Shown: positions 45,490-54,594 of the stretch, in pieces
Position numbering within the stretch: the first letter of the stretch is position 1
Layout: every line of letters starts with the position of its first letter
NCBI GenBank assembly: GCA_903910795.1
Contig: CAIWAX010000251.1
Coordinates: 1-63,913, forward strand
Length of the DNA: 63,913 bases
DNA from: an uncultured Anaerolineae bacterium
GTDB taxonomy: Bacteria; Chloroflexota; Anaerolineae; Anaerolineales; Villigracilaceae
Direction of reading: 5' to 3'
The notes under the pieces: generated by a model
Seen by the model: the letters and a program-made list of their open reading frames with translations, nothing else
What the model was told of the DNA's origin: nothing
Databases searched by the model: none
Translations under genes and position numbers: made by a program

Positions 45490-47574
45490 TTAGCCCTTCT
45501 TATACGCAATCGTGATGTCCACGCACTCAATCTCGTGAGTGAGAGATAGCAGCAACCCATCATCGGGCAGTTGCAATACTTTGTCCACCGGGGTAAGAGG
45601 CACCTCGGCCACCTCTTCGGTGTTGTTGCTTTCCTCTACTGGCACGATCGGGCGAGAGGAAACTTCCACATCCAGCACATATTTAACGGTGGGTACCTGT
45701 TGGATCAGCGAGATAACCTCAGCCGTAAACAAATCGCGGCCGAAAGGCCAGCCCTCCCATTTTTCGCCGATCTGCAGCACAGGCTGCTTGTCATCGAAGA
45801 CCAGCGGGGCCAGGTAACGCTGCAGTTCTTCATTGACCTGGCGAGCAACCTCAGTGGGCGGAATGAAATCATGCGGCACAATGCGGGCTTTTACCTTGAC
45901 ACCGGTATAACGCGGTTCGCGAATATTGAGCGATGTGGTGATCAGACGGTACTTGTCCAGGTAAGTCCGTATTTCTTTCTGAAGCTTATCATCCAGGTGC
46001 AGGGACTTTATCGAGCCAGCCCTGAGAGAGTCGGGCACATCTGGAACAACCAGGATTGATACGGTGCCTGCAACTCCATTTGGATCATTGGGGGTCAGGC
46101 ACCTGGTACGTGCCACTGCCCGGCTGCAACTGAGTGTAAACTGCTCATAATCCTGGGCTGTCACTGCCCGGCGTTGAGCCTGAAGCTCACGTTGGGCGCG
46201 CATTTTCATCTCATCCAGGGTTTCCTGGTCTCGTCCGCTCACCGCCCGCGTCAGATTGGAAACACGCGACACGTAAGCCACAGACATGGACATGGTGGAC
46301 AGGCTCCCGATTGGAAGGTTTCCGCGCACACCGCCGCCGTAGCGATATCTTGAGAAGCGCACCTGGCGGCCGCTTTCTGGCGTGCGGCCGTACTGGATGA
46401 CGGTGCTATCCGGTTGGCGCACGGACGGGCCAAACCGGATCGTCCCGCTGTCCATATCCAGATGATAATGCCGGTCGAAGCGGGTTGATTTAGAAAAATC
46501 ATCAACCTGTTGCCAGGGCACAAAGACATCCTCGCCGTGCCGGGTTTCCTCCACCTCCAGTGTCTCACCGGCCCGCAGCGTCAGGATCGGTGAATGTGCC
46601 AGGGTAAATATCTGCCCGGCCTCACCGGTGCTCCTTCCAAGCGTTTCCGATTCAATGGCGACCGAGTGCATCGCAGTTGTTTTGGCGCCCAGGCTGTAGG
46701 CTTCCACACCGATAACCTTTGGGGATTCTGAATACATACCCTGCAGAGCATTGCGCTGTTCAATCCGGCAGCGCAGCCAGAAGGCATTGATACCGTGCAA
46801 GTTGGCGGGGTTGGCAGAAAGTGGTAAATAAAGCACGAGCTGACCAGTGGGATTGTTCAAACCACCGGTTGTATCCTTTTCGCCGTCTGCCGTGCTGAGC
46901 TTCAGCTCATGCCAGATGCCGTCCGCCGTCAGGCATTCCCAAATCCATGGCGGGTCTTCGCGGCGAATACCAACCGCCTCGGTTGGTTCGGCGGTGAAGT
47001 TTAGCCGCAAAATATGCCCGGAGATGTTGTGGTCGGGATCAAAACCCAGGTAAAAGGTATCACCCACCCTCGGTTCTCTCTGATCGAATGGGTAGAATAT
47101 TTCGATCCCCAGGCGGGATAAATAGTTCTTATTGAATTCCTGTTCTTTGCGCAGGTGGGTCAGCACCGGCGGGATAATCTCCAGGGTGGAATCCGAGGTG
47201 AACAAAACTTCTTCATCGGTCATCTCGGAGCGCACTTCGAAACCCTGTGGCACAGTCACCGTTTGGCGGTTTTCCCTGGAAAGCGGCAGGGGGGCGGAAA
47301 GCCAGAAGGTTAACTCGGTATGGGCGCTGCTGGCAGGCATGCGCTGCAGCCCCAGCATATCCAGGAATTTGAGGTAGTTCTTGTCTGGGACACGGTTCAG
47401 GCGGTAAACCATCAACTCGGTCATCCAGGCAAAAAGCTCGATCAATGTGATCCCGGGGTCGCTCAGGTTATATTCAGTCCATTCGGGACAGAAATTAATA
47501 ATGCGCCTGCGGGCTTCGTCAACCAGATCGCTTTGAAAACGCAGGTCATCCAGATTCGGGGCGGGTAAGGTCAT
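45490..47574 (-). CDS. Baseplate J-like protein (T4 gp6 / Afp11-like)
   Basis: 'LDDLRFQSDLVDEARRRIINFCPEWTEYNLSDPGITLIELFAWMTELMVYRLNRVPDKNY' is the typical N-terminus of CIS baseplate assembly proteins. 694 aa. Confidence 0.85.
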   Translation of the reverse strand: MTLPAPNLDDLRFQSDLVDEARRRIINFCPEWTEYNLSDPGITLIELFAWMTELMVYRLNRVPDKNYLKFLDMLGLQRMPASSAHTELTFWLSAPLPLSRENRQTVTVPQGFEVRSEMTDEEVLFTSDSTLEIIPPVLTHLRKEQEFNKNYLSRLGIEIFYPFDQREPRVGDTFYLGFDPDHNISGHILRLNFTAEPTEAVGIRREDPPWIWECLTADGIWHELKLSTADGEKDTTGGLNNPTGQLVLYLPLSANPANLHGINAFWLRCRIEQRNALQGMYSESPKVIGVEAYSLGAKTTAMHSVAIESETLGRSTGEAGQIFTLAHSPILTLRAGETLEVEETRHGEDVFVPWQQVDDFSKSTRFDRHYHLDMDSGTIRFGPSVRQPDSTVIQYGRTPESGRQVRFSRYRYGGGVRGNLPIGSLSTMSMSVAYVSRVSNLTRAVSGRDQETLDEMKMRAQRELQAQRRAVTAQDYEQFTLSCSRAVARTRCLTPNDPNGVAGTVSILVVPDVPDSLRAGSIKSLHLDDKLQKEIRTYLDKYRLITTSLNIREPRYTGVKVKARIVPHDFIPPTEVARQVNEELQRYLAPLVFDDKQPVLQIGEKWEGWPFGRDLFTAEVISLIQQVPTVKYVLDVEVSSRPIVPVEESNNTEEVAEVPLTPVDKVLQLPDDGLLLSLTHEIECVDITIAYKKG

Positions 47575-47588
47575 GGGTCTCTCCTGGT

Positions 47589-48002
47589 TCAGGGAAGTTC
47601 TTGTTCGTCAGCGATATAGAATGGGTAAACAATGCTGCGAGTATCGTGGGTGGATTTGATCTGATATCGAATTTCTGCCAGAAGAATGCCGGTCTGTCCA
47701 TCTTCAGATGAAACAGTGACGTTCAACACTTCGATACGGGGTTCCCACATGCGCAGGGCCTCGTAGACGTAATCCTGCAGCATACTGATCGTGCCCGCTG
47801 TGCGGGGTTCAAAGAGCAGTTCATTGGCCCGGCATCCAAAGGTGGGGCGCATGACCCGTTCTCCGGGTGTGGTGCTGATGATAATGCGGATGGATTGATC
47901 AATATCCTCGCTGCCCGTGACAAGCACGATCTGTCCGCGGGCATCGGTGCGAAGAGGAAAACTCAAACCATTCCCCAAAAATGTTTTAGCATTCTGCGGC
48001 AT
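47589..48002 (-). CDS. gp25-like baseplate wedge protein (GPW_gp25 / Afp9-like)
   Basis: 'FLGNGLSFPLRTDARGQIVLVTGSEDIDQSIRIIISTTPGERVMRPTFGCRANELLFEP'. I started it at ATG 48002. The longer ORF-track model (to 48419) overlaps the PAAR gene in another frame. Confidence 0.85.
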   Translation of the reverse strand: MPQNAKTFLGNGLSFPLRTDARGQIVLVTGSEDIDQSIRIIISTTPGERVMRPTFGCRANELLFEPRTAGTISMLQDYVYEALRMWEPRIEVLNVTVSSEDGQTGILLAEIRYQIKSTHDTRSIVYPFYIADEQELP

Positions 48003-48031
48003 ACCTGTTCTCCAATCCCAATCATACTGAG

Positions 48032-48331
48032 TTATCCACCGATCATTACTGTGAAACAGCCGCTCACAATCGAATCGGGTGGGCCAACACAAACGCACAT
48101 CCCGCCCATAACGGCTGCTGGCAGCCCGCCAATCAAGACGGTCGGCATACCGGGCGGCATGATCGGCCCGCCGACATGCGGGATGGGCGGCACCCCCGGA
48201 GTTTGCATGGGGCACACATGCATATCGCTGATGCGAGCCGCCGGTTGTCCGCCGATCAACACGGTCGGGCAACCCATTACAATTTTTCCACCGTGGGCAG
48301 TTGAGTCGCCCAGTCGCGCAGCAGGAGGCAT
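48032..48331 (-). CDS. PAAR-domain spike-tip protein (Afp10-like)
   Basis: 'PPAARLGDSTAHGG...VLIGGQPAARISD...VLIGGLPAA...VMIGG' are PAAR repeats. 99 aa with no toxin extension. Confidence 0.85.
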   Translation of the reverse strand: MPPAARLGDSTAHGGKIVMGCPTVLIGGQPAARISDMHVCPMQTPGVPPIPHVGGPIMPPGMPTVLIGGLPAAVMGGMCVCVGPPDSIVSGCFTVMIGG

Positions 48332-48345
48332 AGGTACATCCCTTT

Positions 48346-50205
48346 CTAGTTGATCTTGACGATTGCGCCCTGGATTTGAACCATTGCGCCGGCCTTGACA
48401 GAAGTCTCGGCCTGGCCATTCACTTCGACAGTGGGCGCCTTCAGTGCGGCTTGCGCCGGATTCAAGGCCAGTTCGGCGGGGCCAGCTTTCAGGCTCAAAC
48501 CGGCGGGGGCTTCGAGCTTGCCTGTCGCCGGGGAACTGATCTCAAAGCCAGCAGTGCCTTTCAAGGTAAGCTTGCCGGTTGCTTCCAGGGTCATATTCCC
48601 CAGGCACTTGAGAGTTATTTCATTTTTTATTGAGTCAATATCGATCTTGTTTCCCATTTTATCCTGGATCAGGATCTTTTCCATACCGGGCGTATCATCC
48701 AGGACGATGACATGCCCGCTGGGTGAGCGGATGATGCGCTGGTTGACCTCGCCAGCCAGCACCGGCACACCGGTTGGCCCCCTGGGCGCCATATCCCGTC
48801 CATTCCAAAGCACGCCAACAATATAAGGATGATTGATGTCACCGTTTTCAAAAACTACCAGGACTTCATCATTGACAACCGGTGAAAAATAGATACCGCC
48901 CTTGCCGCTCCCTAAACTGGCCATGCGCGCCCAGTTGCTACCCATTTCGAGCGGATCAGCCGGCATCCACGGGAATTTCACTTTCAAACGGCCTTGCAGA
49001 AGCGGATCCATGAGGTCTGTCACAACACCGACCACTGCGCCGTAAATCTTGTTAGCTTCCGGATCCTTGCCCATCATGTGCCCGAAGGTGTATGGGTTGC
49101 GGCCAGAGACCTCAAAGGAAACCTTATAATCCCCGTGCCGGTAAACATGGCGAGCCTGGGTGACAAAGTAGGAACCGGCAAACCGTATACCAACATTGGT
49201 GATAAGCGCCAGGCTGCCGGCCTGCAAGGAGGGTACAGCATCGGCTTCACCGCTGGCAGCCACGTATTGGCTCTCATGCTGCAGGAAGCGCGCATTTGCC
49301 ATGATTGTACCGATCCCTGGATTACTGACCATGGGGTCAAGCACATAATCCTTGGCGTTCGAACTAAACCCGGATCTGATTGCAATACTTCCCGTTATAC
49401 CCTTGGAAACCGTTGGCGAGGATGTCGGGTCTAAATTGGCTGCCAATGGAAGGCTCGGGCCTGAAATACCTACCTTCATGTCAGGATTCCAACCGCGGGC
49501 AATAACGGAAGTAACAGCTCCGGCCGTCACAAAACGCGGTTTAAAGCTTCTCAAGTTCGAAGCCCAGGTCAAATTGACCGGAAGAAGTTGGCGCGGCATG
49601 GAAGCCGGTGAAAAAACCAATTTGCTGTCATCCACATAGACCTGGTATCCAAGCATGCGCGCGCGCGACCACAAAAAGTCCCAATCGCTCTGGTTGTACT
49701 GCATGACATAGGTGTATATTACACCCACCAACCCTGTAAGGTTGACCATGGGTATGAGCCCATGCTCTCCCGCGATTTTCGCAACGATTTCCATGTCTGT
49801 TACAGTTGGCAGAGACCCTGTTCCCCAGGCGCGGGTCTTTTTACCCAGGGTCAGACGGTGAGACTTGTCATAGCCCCGGATTAAAAGTTGGATCTGTCCA
49901 TCCTCGCGAAACTGGGGCTCGATCGAAGTGATCTCTCCTTTCATCAAGGTGTGCGAGATGGCGATTGGCATGCCAGGTCTCTTTACCTTGGCAATTACCT
50001 CTACCGAGGCGCCGATCCGAAACAGCAAGATATCATCGGTGTGCTTAAGCAGTGGGGCAGAAAATACTACCGGCGAATCTTTGAGAGTGATTGTGAACAT
50101 GGATGGCATAAAGACATCCGTATCGACGGTGATCTCCAAAATGTCGCCGTAAATAATCCCGGGCAGTGAGATGCCATTAATCTTTATAGAGAATTCATCA
50201 GGCAT
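48346..50205 (-). CDS. VgrG / phage gpD + gp5-like baseplate hub-spike protein (Afp8-like)
   Basis: The N-terminal region is late-control-gene-D-like. Then an OB-fold 'GAVVGVVTDLMDPLLQGRLKVKFPWM...SNWARMASLGSGKGGIYFSPVVNDEVLVVFENGDINHPYIVGVLWNG'. The C-terminus is a beta-helix. Confidence 0.85.
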   Translation of the reverse strand: MPDEFSIKINGISLPGIIYGDILEITVDTDVFMPSMFTITLKDSPVVFSAPLLKHTDDILLFRIGASVEVIAKVKRPGMPIAISHTLMKGEITSIEPQFREDGQIQLLIRGYDKSHRLTLGKKTRAWGTGSLPTVTDMEIVAKIAGEHGLIPMVNLTGLVGVIYTYVMQYNQSDWDFLWSRARMLGYQVYVDDSKLVFSPASMPRQLLPVNLTWASNLRSFKPRFVTAGAVTSVIARGWNPDMKVGISGPSLPLAANLDPTSSPTVSKGITGSIAIRSGFSSNAKDYVLDPMVSNPGIGTIMANARFLQHESQYVAASGEADAVPSLQAGSLALITNVGIRFAGSYFVTQARHVYRHGDYKVSFEVSGRNPYTFGHMMGKDPEANKIYGAVVGVVTDLMDPLLQGRLKVKFPWMPADPLEMGSNWARMASLGSGKGGIYFSPVVNDEVLVVFENGDINHPYIVGVLWNGRDMAPRGPTGVPVLAGEVNQRIIRSPSGHVIVLDDTPGMEKILIQDKMGNKIDIDSIKNEITLKCLGNMTLEATGKLTLKGTAGFEISSPATGKLEAPAGLSLKAGPAELALNPAQAALKAPTVEVNGQAETSVKAGAMVQIQGAIVKIN

Positions 50206-50221
50206 AGCGCCAGCTTTCTAT

Positions 50222-50245
50222 ACTGAACTTATGGGTACTTTCCAT
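50222..50245 (-). repeat. Dispersed 24-nt motif, copy 6 (ATGGAAAGTACCCATAAGTTCAGT)
   Basis: Fills the 43-nt gap between the LysM-protein stop (50249) and the VgrG ATG (50205). Identical to copy 1. Confidence 0.85.
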
Positions 50246-50248
50246 TGC

Positions 50249-50917
50249 TTAAATATCTTGAGGAACTACCAATATTTGCCCATCCACAAGCTGGAAGGGA
50301 TCATCCATGCCATTGGCTTCAGCCAGGACACGCCAGTAGCGCGAATCGCCGTACTCTTCGTAGGCGATCTGATCCAGCCGCTGCCTGGCGTGCGCTATGC
50401 GGGTTTTCCGTGGGTCGGTGCGGCTGGTGGGGTTCTGGGCCGGAATGATGTCATCGCCAAATAATTCGTTTTGAGTGAACTCAACACTGGCCTTGGCGCG
50501 AATGGGTGTGCCATCCGGCGCGAACAAAATAAACTTGATGGTTACACTCGAAACGACGGCATCAAAAAGTTTTATTTTTCCCCAGACGAATGTCACGGTC
50601 GGGGGTGAAGCGTAGGGCAGTAAGAACATCGAGTAACCGGCTCCGCGCAAGGTCAGCGTGAGCAGTTGGTTGGTAAAGACGCGCACATCCTTGGGGCCGT
50701 TTGCCGCACTATACGAGTCAAAAAAAAGTTCCAGGCTATACGTGGCTGATTCGCCGCCGGCAAATTGCAAATAGGGCGAGTTAAAGCTCGGTGATGGTTC
50801 GCCAGCCCACTTTGTCTCTTTTTTGATTGTCAACTCCGAAGGATTAAATTGACATTCCAATTCACCCCAAACGGGAGGAATGATAGATAACCACTTGAGT
50901 TTGGCTTTTTCCAACAT
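50249..50917 (-). CDS. LysM-domain CIS tube-initiator/baseplate protein (Afp7-like)
   Basis: Tube-like N-terminal region ('ECQFNPSELTIKKETKW'). C-terminal LysM 'QRLDQIAYEEYGDSRYWRVLAEANGMDDPFQLVDGQILVVP'. Confidence 0.8.
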   Translation of the reverse strand: MLEKAKLKWLSIIPPVWGELECQFNPSELTIKKETKWAGEPSPSFNSPYLQFAGGESATYSLELFFDSYSAANGPKDVRVFTNQLLTLTLRGAGYSMFLLPYASPPTVTFVWGKIKLFDAVVSSVTIKFILFAPDGTPIRAKASVEFTQNELFGDDIIPAQNPTSRTDPRKTRIAHARQRLDQIAYEEYGDSRYWRVLAEANGMDDPFQLVDGQILVVPQDI

Positions 50918-50935
50918 TTATCACCTCTTTATCGA

Positions 50936-53749
50936 TTATCGAAACAGGCGTCCAGATCGTTCGGCCTCAATTTGCAGCATACGTTTTACGATTGGCAGTA
51001 TTTTTTCCGCCATATCCGCCAAATTTATTTGGCTTGATAGTTCACTACCGCCGCTAGACTGGTTATCATCCGCCCCGCTGCCATCATTATCATCATCCAT
51101 CACGCGCTGGATTAAATTTGACGAGCTGTTTTTTTGTGCGGGCGGCATCGGGGTTGACTGTTGAGGCGCGTTCATTGATGGCTGGTCAGGCTTGCTCCCA
51201 ACCGGCTCCGGTTTTCTTGAAGGTTCCCTGGCGGGTTCCGGCGGTTTGGGCGGGCGCGCCAATTCCATGGGCGCAGGCTTCACCGCGGATGTATAAGTCG
51301 TTTGCGGGCGCAGGCCTGCAGGAGCAACGGGGAACATTCTGGAAAGGTCCATGCGGGGAGCTGATATTGGTTTGGGCCCATCCACCCTGGAGGGGGATGC
51401 CATCGCAGCCGGGAGCGCGGCAGCCAATTTGGACGCAGGTGGCCGGTTTGAACCAATTTCAGGGGTCTGGGGCTGCGCCAGCGGAGGCCTTGAGGTGGCT
51501 GGTAAATTTTCTCCCAAAGCTGGTGAGGAAGTTTCTGCCTCTGCCGACTTCGGCCCGGGCGGTAAATACTTGCTGGGCTTGACCAGCGGTTCTCGCGGGC
51601 GGCTCACGCTCGGATCCACATGCGGGGTCACTACGCGGTTGGCGGGCTGGATCGATCTCAACTGGAGAGGAGCCTGCTGGCGATATTCGATATGTTTTTG
51701 GAGCGGCCCTTCCTCCGGGCGCGTCGGCGCGCTATCGGTAGAAAGAGATACATTCTCAGGTTGGGCTTCCGGTTTTGAAGCCGGTCTGCCTGATCCAACC
51801 CGCGCGGCTGATTCTGGTGCAGATCCTTTGTCCGTTGAAACCCCTGCCTGCGGTGCAGTTGGCGCGGGTTTCGAATCGATCTGGCGCTGTACCACAGATG
51901 AGCCGCCAGAGTGGGCCGCCGAAGCGTTCCTGGTTGGCCGGGCAACCGGCAGGCGTGGGGCTTTGGGTGCTGAAAGTTTTTTGCGCGGGGCCGGTTGGGC
52001 GGTGGGCGCAGCCGGGTGACGAGCCTGTGTGCCTTGATTTGGCCCGGCCTCAGGCAACTCGGATTTGACCGGCACCGCCAAAGGCAACCTGTCTTCAGGT
52101 GCAGTCAGGGTCGGTCGGGCAACCGGCAGGCGCGGGGTTTTGGGCGCTGAAAGTTTTTTGCGCGGGGCTGGTTGGGCAGCGGGCGCAGCCGGGTGGCGAG
52201 CCTGTATACCTTGATTCGCCCCGGCATCCGGCAGCTCGGATTTGACCGGCACTGCCAAAGGCAGCCTGTTTTCAGGTGGTTCCAGGGTTGGTCGGGCAGG
52301 TTGCTCAGGTTTTTCGAGCTGCCGGGGCCCGGTCTCGCTTGGTAGAGACGGCCTTGCCAGGGGCATATCCTGCGGCTGGGAAAAGCGGACGGAGGGGTTC
52401 TTTTCTGAGTCTTCGGCTTTTTCTTCAGTTCTTGCTTCAAGCCTGGGGCTTGAAGCAGCAGTTTTATCGACTGGTAAAGCGGGGTGCTCGAAGCCTTCAG
52501 GCTTCGCCTGGGATACCGTTTCAGGCGCGGACGCAGGCCTGGGTTGCGAAGGTGCCTGTTTCTCCAGGGGAAGACTTTCGGGTATTGATTTGGCTGCACC
52601 AACCGCTTCAACTTTCGGCTCAGGTCTGGCGGGAAGGGCAGCCGACAACTTTTCAGCCAGGTCAGCCTTTTTTTCGGGGTTGACTGGCCCGGCAGCCGGA
52701 GAGATGGCGGGTGATTCAGAAACCTGAGCGAGTCTGGCTGGCACAGGAGCGGCGTCCGCGGGTTTGACAGGCGCCTGTGATGCGTGTTCCTGTGTACGCG
52801 CATTCTGGGCCAGCGGCATGTCAAGCGGGCCAGGCTTGTGTTCAAGCGAGTCGCTCGATGATTCCAGCGTCTCGGATGGGCGGGACGTGTCATCAGCCAT
52901 CTGCAGTTTGGGGGATGCCTTGTGATCACCCTCAGACCTGTTTTCGGGCTTTACTGACGAGGAGGGTGCCGCAGGTTTTGGCCCGTTTGCAGGTCGTATT
53001 GACTCAGGCGTGCTTCCCGGCTCTACCGGCCGGATCGCTTCTTGCGCCGCTTGCCTCGCGGCAGAAGCTTTTGCTGGCGGGCCGGGCTGCCTGGTGTCTG
53101 GCTGTCGCTGGACAGTCGAGTTGGCAGTCGGGGAAGCTGCCGGGGGGGTAGAATCTGCTCCGGAGTCGGCTTTCTTGTCGTTATCTGATGAGCCGGGTGT
53201 AATTTCCTGTACCTGAGTGAATAAACGATCCCTGGGGGAGAGCCGCGGGATAATGGGGGCTGCCTTACGGGCTGGCTGAATGCTTTGAACCTGATCCTTG
53301 AATGATCCCAGCGATTGGCCTGGTTTCGGGAAAGTGCTCATTTTTGGAATGACGCTGCCCGCGCGCATCATTCCCGGATCGTTGGATGCTTGCGGCTTTT
53401 CAGATGCTCCGCCGCGAGGAATGGTCATATCAACTTTCGACCAGCCACTGCTCGCGCCTGCGCTTTTGGTTGGCAGGTGCAGCAACTGGTCCACATGCGC
53501 AAACCTGGACTTGATTTCCGCACCCATCCTGGCCTTATCCGCTGGCAGGACATGACCCATCCGCTCGGGGTTTAAGATTTGCATCTTTTTCGCCGCGAGC
53601 TGAAATTTTCTGCCAGCAAAATCAGCAGCAACCGGCGAAAAGTTCGCAGGCGACTGCGCCTGGTCAGATTTCTTGCCCGGCGAGAGCATGCGCGCGATGC
53701 GGCTGCTGTTTTGTTGCAGATGGTCAATTAACGGATCAGGGGTGCTCAT
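50936..53749 (-). CDS. Pro/Ala/Ser-rich tape-measure-like protein (Afp14 position) with internal 57-aa duplication
   Basis: 937 aa, in the position between the tube-like and LysM genes. The start overlaps the upstream stop (ATGA). C-terminal 'LADMAEKILPIVKRMLQIEAERSGRLFR'. The assignment rests mainly on position. Confidence 0.5.
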   Translation of the reverse strand: MSTPDPLIDHLQQNSSRIARMLSPGKKSDQAQSPANFSPVAADFAGRKFQLAAKKMQILNPERMGHVLPADKARMGAEIKSRFAHVDQLLHLPTKSAGASSGWSKVDMTIPRGGASEKPQASNDPGMMRAGSVIPKMSTFPKPGQSLGSFKDQVQSIQPARKAAPIIPRLSPRDRLFTQVQEITPGSSDNDKKADSGADSTPPAASPTANSTVQRQPDTRQPGPPAKASAARQAAQEAIRPVEPGSTPESIRPANGPKPAAPSSSVKPENRSEGDHKASPKLQMADDTSRPSETLESSSDSLEHKPGPLDMPLAQNARTQEHASQAPVKPADAAPVPARLAQVSESPAISPAAGPVNPEKKADLAEKLSAALPARPEPKVEAVGAAKSIPESLPLEKQAPSQPRPASAPETVSQAKPEGFEHPALPVDKTAASSPRLEARTEEKAEDSEKNPSVRFSQPQDMPLARPSLPSETGPRQLEKPEQPARPTLEPPENRLPLAVPVKSELPDAGANQGIQARHPAAPAAQPAPRKKLSAPKTPRLPVARPTLTAPEDRLPLAVPVKSELPEAGPNQGTQARHPAAPTAQPAPRKKLSAPKAPRLPVARPTRNASAAHSGGSSVVQRQIDSKPAPTAPQAGVSTDKGSAPESAARVGSGRPASKPEAQPENVSLSTDSAPTRPEEGPLQKHIEYRQQAPLQLRSIQPANRVVTPHVDPSVSRPREPLVKPSKYLPPGPKSAEAETSSPALGENLPATSRPPLAQPQTPEIGSNRPPASKLAAALPAAMASPSRVDGPKPISAPRMDLSRMFPVAPAGLRPQTTYTSAVKPAPMELARPPKPPEPAREPSRKPEPVGSKPDQPSMNAPQQSTPMPPAQKNSSSNLIQRVMDDDNDGSGADDNQSSGGSELSSQINLADMAEKILPIVKRMLQIEAERSGRLFR

Positions 53750-54273
53750 TGGCCTAATTGAAAGTAATCGAAGGATAATTCAAGTGATTCAACCACAATT
53801 TTTGAGGAGTCATCGAGGCTCAGATCGGAAATCTTCCAGCCGACCGGGAAGGCGTTCGTGAATTCCCAACGCTTCAGTACCGGGAAGATAGTCGGGTCCT
53901 TTGAAAGCTCCGGGTTGGGCCGTCTCTGGACGAGGGTAAAATTTTTGGACACTCCAAAACCCAGGGAGGTACCGCCCATCATCCATTTCCAAAAAAAGTC
54001 GGAAGAAGTCAGGCCAACCTCTAAAGTGATGTGGCTGAAAGAAACTTGCCCGGCAAATTCAAGTCCGTAATCATTCTGGCCGCCAACATCAAGTGGTTCT
54101 ATCTTCCGCTTGACTTCCATCCCGCTGACGCTCTGGAAGAGCGCCACTGTTTTCCCAGACATTTCGATCGAAAATTGATAGATTGGAACAGGAAATTCGC
54201 CAATATCGTCGAGGGGTAACGGCGTTGGATCTGTTGCAGTGGTAACGCTGGATGTAGATTGGAGTAAGCCCAT
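53746..54273 (-). CDS. Phage T4 gp19-like tail-tube family protein (third tube paralog, Afp5-like)
   Basis: 'YQFSIEMSGKTVALFQSVSGMEV...GQVSFSHITLEVGLT...WEFTNAFPVGWKISDLSLDDSSKIVVESLELSFDYF' has the pattern of the CIS tube family. Confidence 0.7.
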   Translation of the reverse strand: MGLLQSTSSVTTATDPTPLPLDDIGEFPVPIYQFSIEMSGKTVALFQSVSGMEVKRKIEPLDVGGQNDYGLEFAGQVSFSHITLEVGLTSSDFFWKWMMGGTSLGFGVSKNFTLVQRRPNPELSKDPTIFPVLKRWEFTNAFPVGWKISDLSLDDSSKIVVESLELSFDYFQLGQ

Positions 54274-54284
54274 GATTTGTCTCG

Positions 54285-54422
54285 CTATACGTACCCGGTG
54301 CGCTCGCGCTCAAGTTCGAGTTCGCGCAGCAGCAGTTCAAAAACTTCACGAGCCAGCTCTTCCAGGTCTGGTTCAGCCTGGTCTGGCGTATCTTGCGGCT
54401 GGGGGGTGTTTTGTGATGGCAT
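54285..54422 (-). CDS. Unannotated 45-aa ORF sharing the tape-measure C-terminal motif
   Basis: ATG at 54422 to TAG at 54285: MPSQNTPQPQDTPDQAEPDLEELAREVFELLLRELELERERTGYV. It is below the ORF-track size cutoff. It starts 4 nt after the -1-frame stop upstream and ends 11 nt before the next start. Confidence 0.45.
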   Translation of the reverse strand: MPSQNTPQPQDTPDQAEPDLEELAREVFELLLRELELERERTGYV

Positions 54423-54426
54423 GTGT

Positions 54427-54594
54427 TCAAGCTCCCTGGTTCAACCGTTTATTGATCTCGGCGATTTCTTTCACCCATCGCCTTCTGTACAGGTGATCCA
54501 TGTCCAAGATCGCCTCCGGCGGCCAGTGAAAATAATAGGCGATATAGGCTACCTCCTGGTGGAGCAGTTCCAGAGGGTAGCCGGTTACCCCCCC
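54427..54594 (-). other. -1 frame extension downstream of a G7 slippery run (candidate programmed frameshift or homopolymer indel)
   Basis: mRNA reads CUG GGG GGG UAA (G-run 54594-54588). In the -1 frame it reads on as VTGYPLELLHQEVAYIAYYFHWPPEAILDMDHLYRRRWVKEIAEINKRLNQGA, stopping at 54427-54429. That frame has a TGA just upstream and no ATG/GTG/TTG before the 'ELLHQEVAY' segment. Confidence 0.5.

Noticed and set aside
48003-48419. N-terminal extension of the gp25-like ORF (ORF-track model 47589-48419, 276 aa).
   Set aside because: The extension overlaps the PAAR gene (48032-48331) in another frame and is Arg/Cys/Ala-rich nonsense. The recognisable gp25 sequence begins at the ATG at 48002.
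3597-50245. Reading the 24-nt dispersed motif as a conserved mini-ORF (each intact copy starts with ATG and would encode MES/NTHKFS...).
   Set aside because: There is no consistent Shine-Dalgarno upstream. ORF lengths after the motif vary from 10 to 55 codons with unrelated sequence. The few substitutions are non-synonymous (S/N, T/A, K/Q). Conservation therefore appears to be at the nucleotide level.
52105-52929. 274-aa alternative-frame ORF, plus several + strand ORFs, inside the tape-measure-like gene.
   Set aside because: Low-complexity Pro/Arg-rich translations are produced by the repetitive GC-rich sequence. The 937-aa frame is continuous and translationally coupled to both neighbours.
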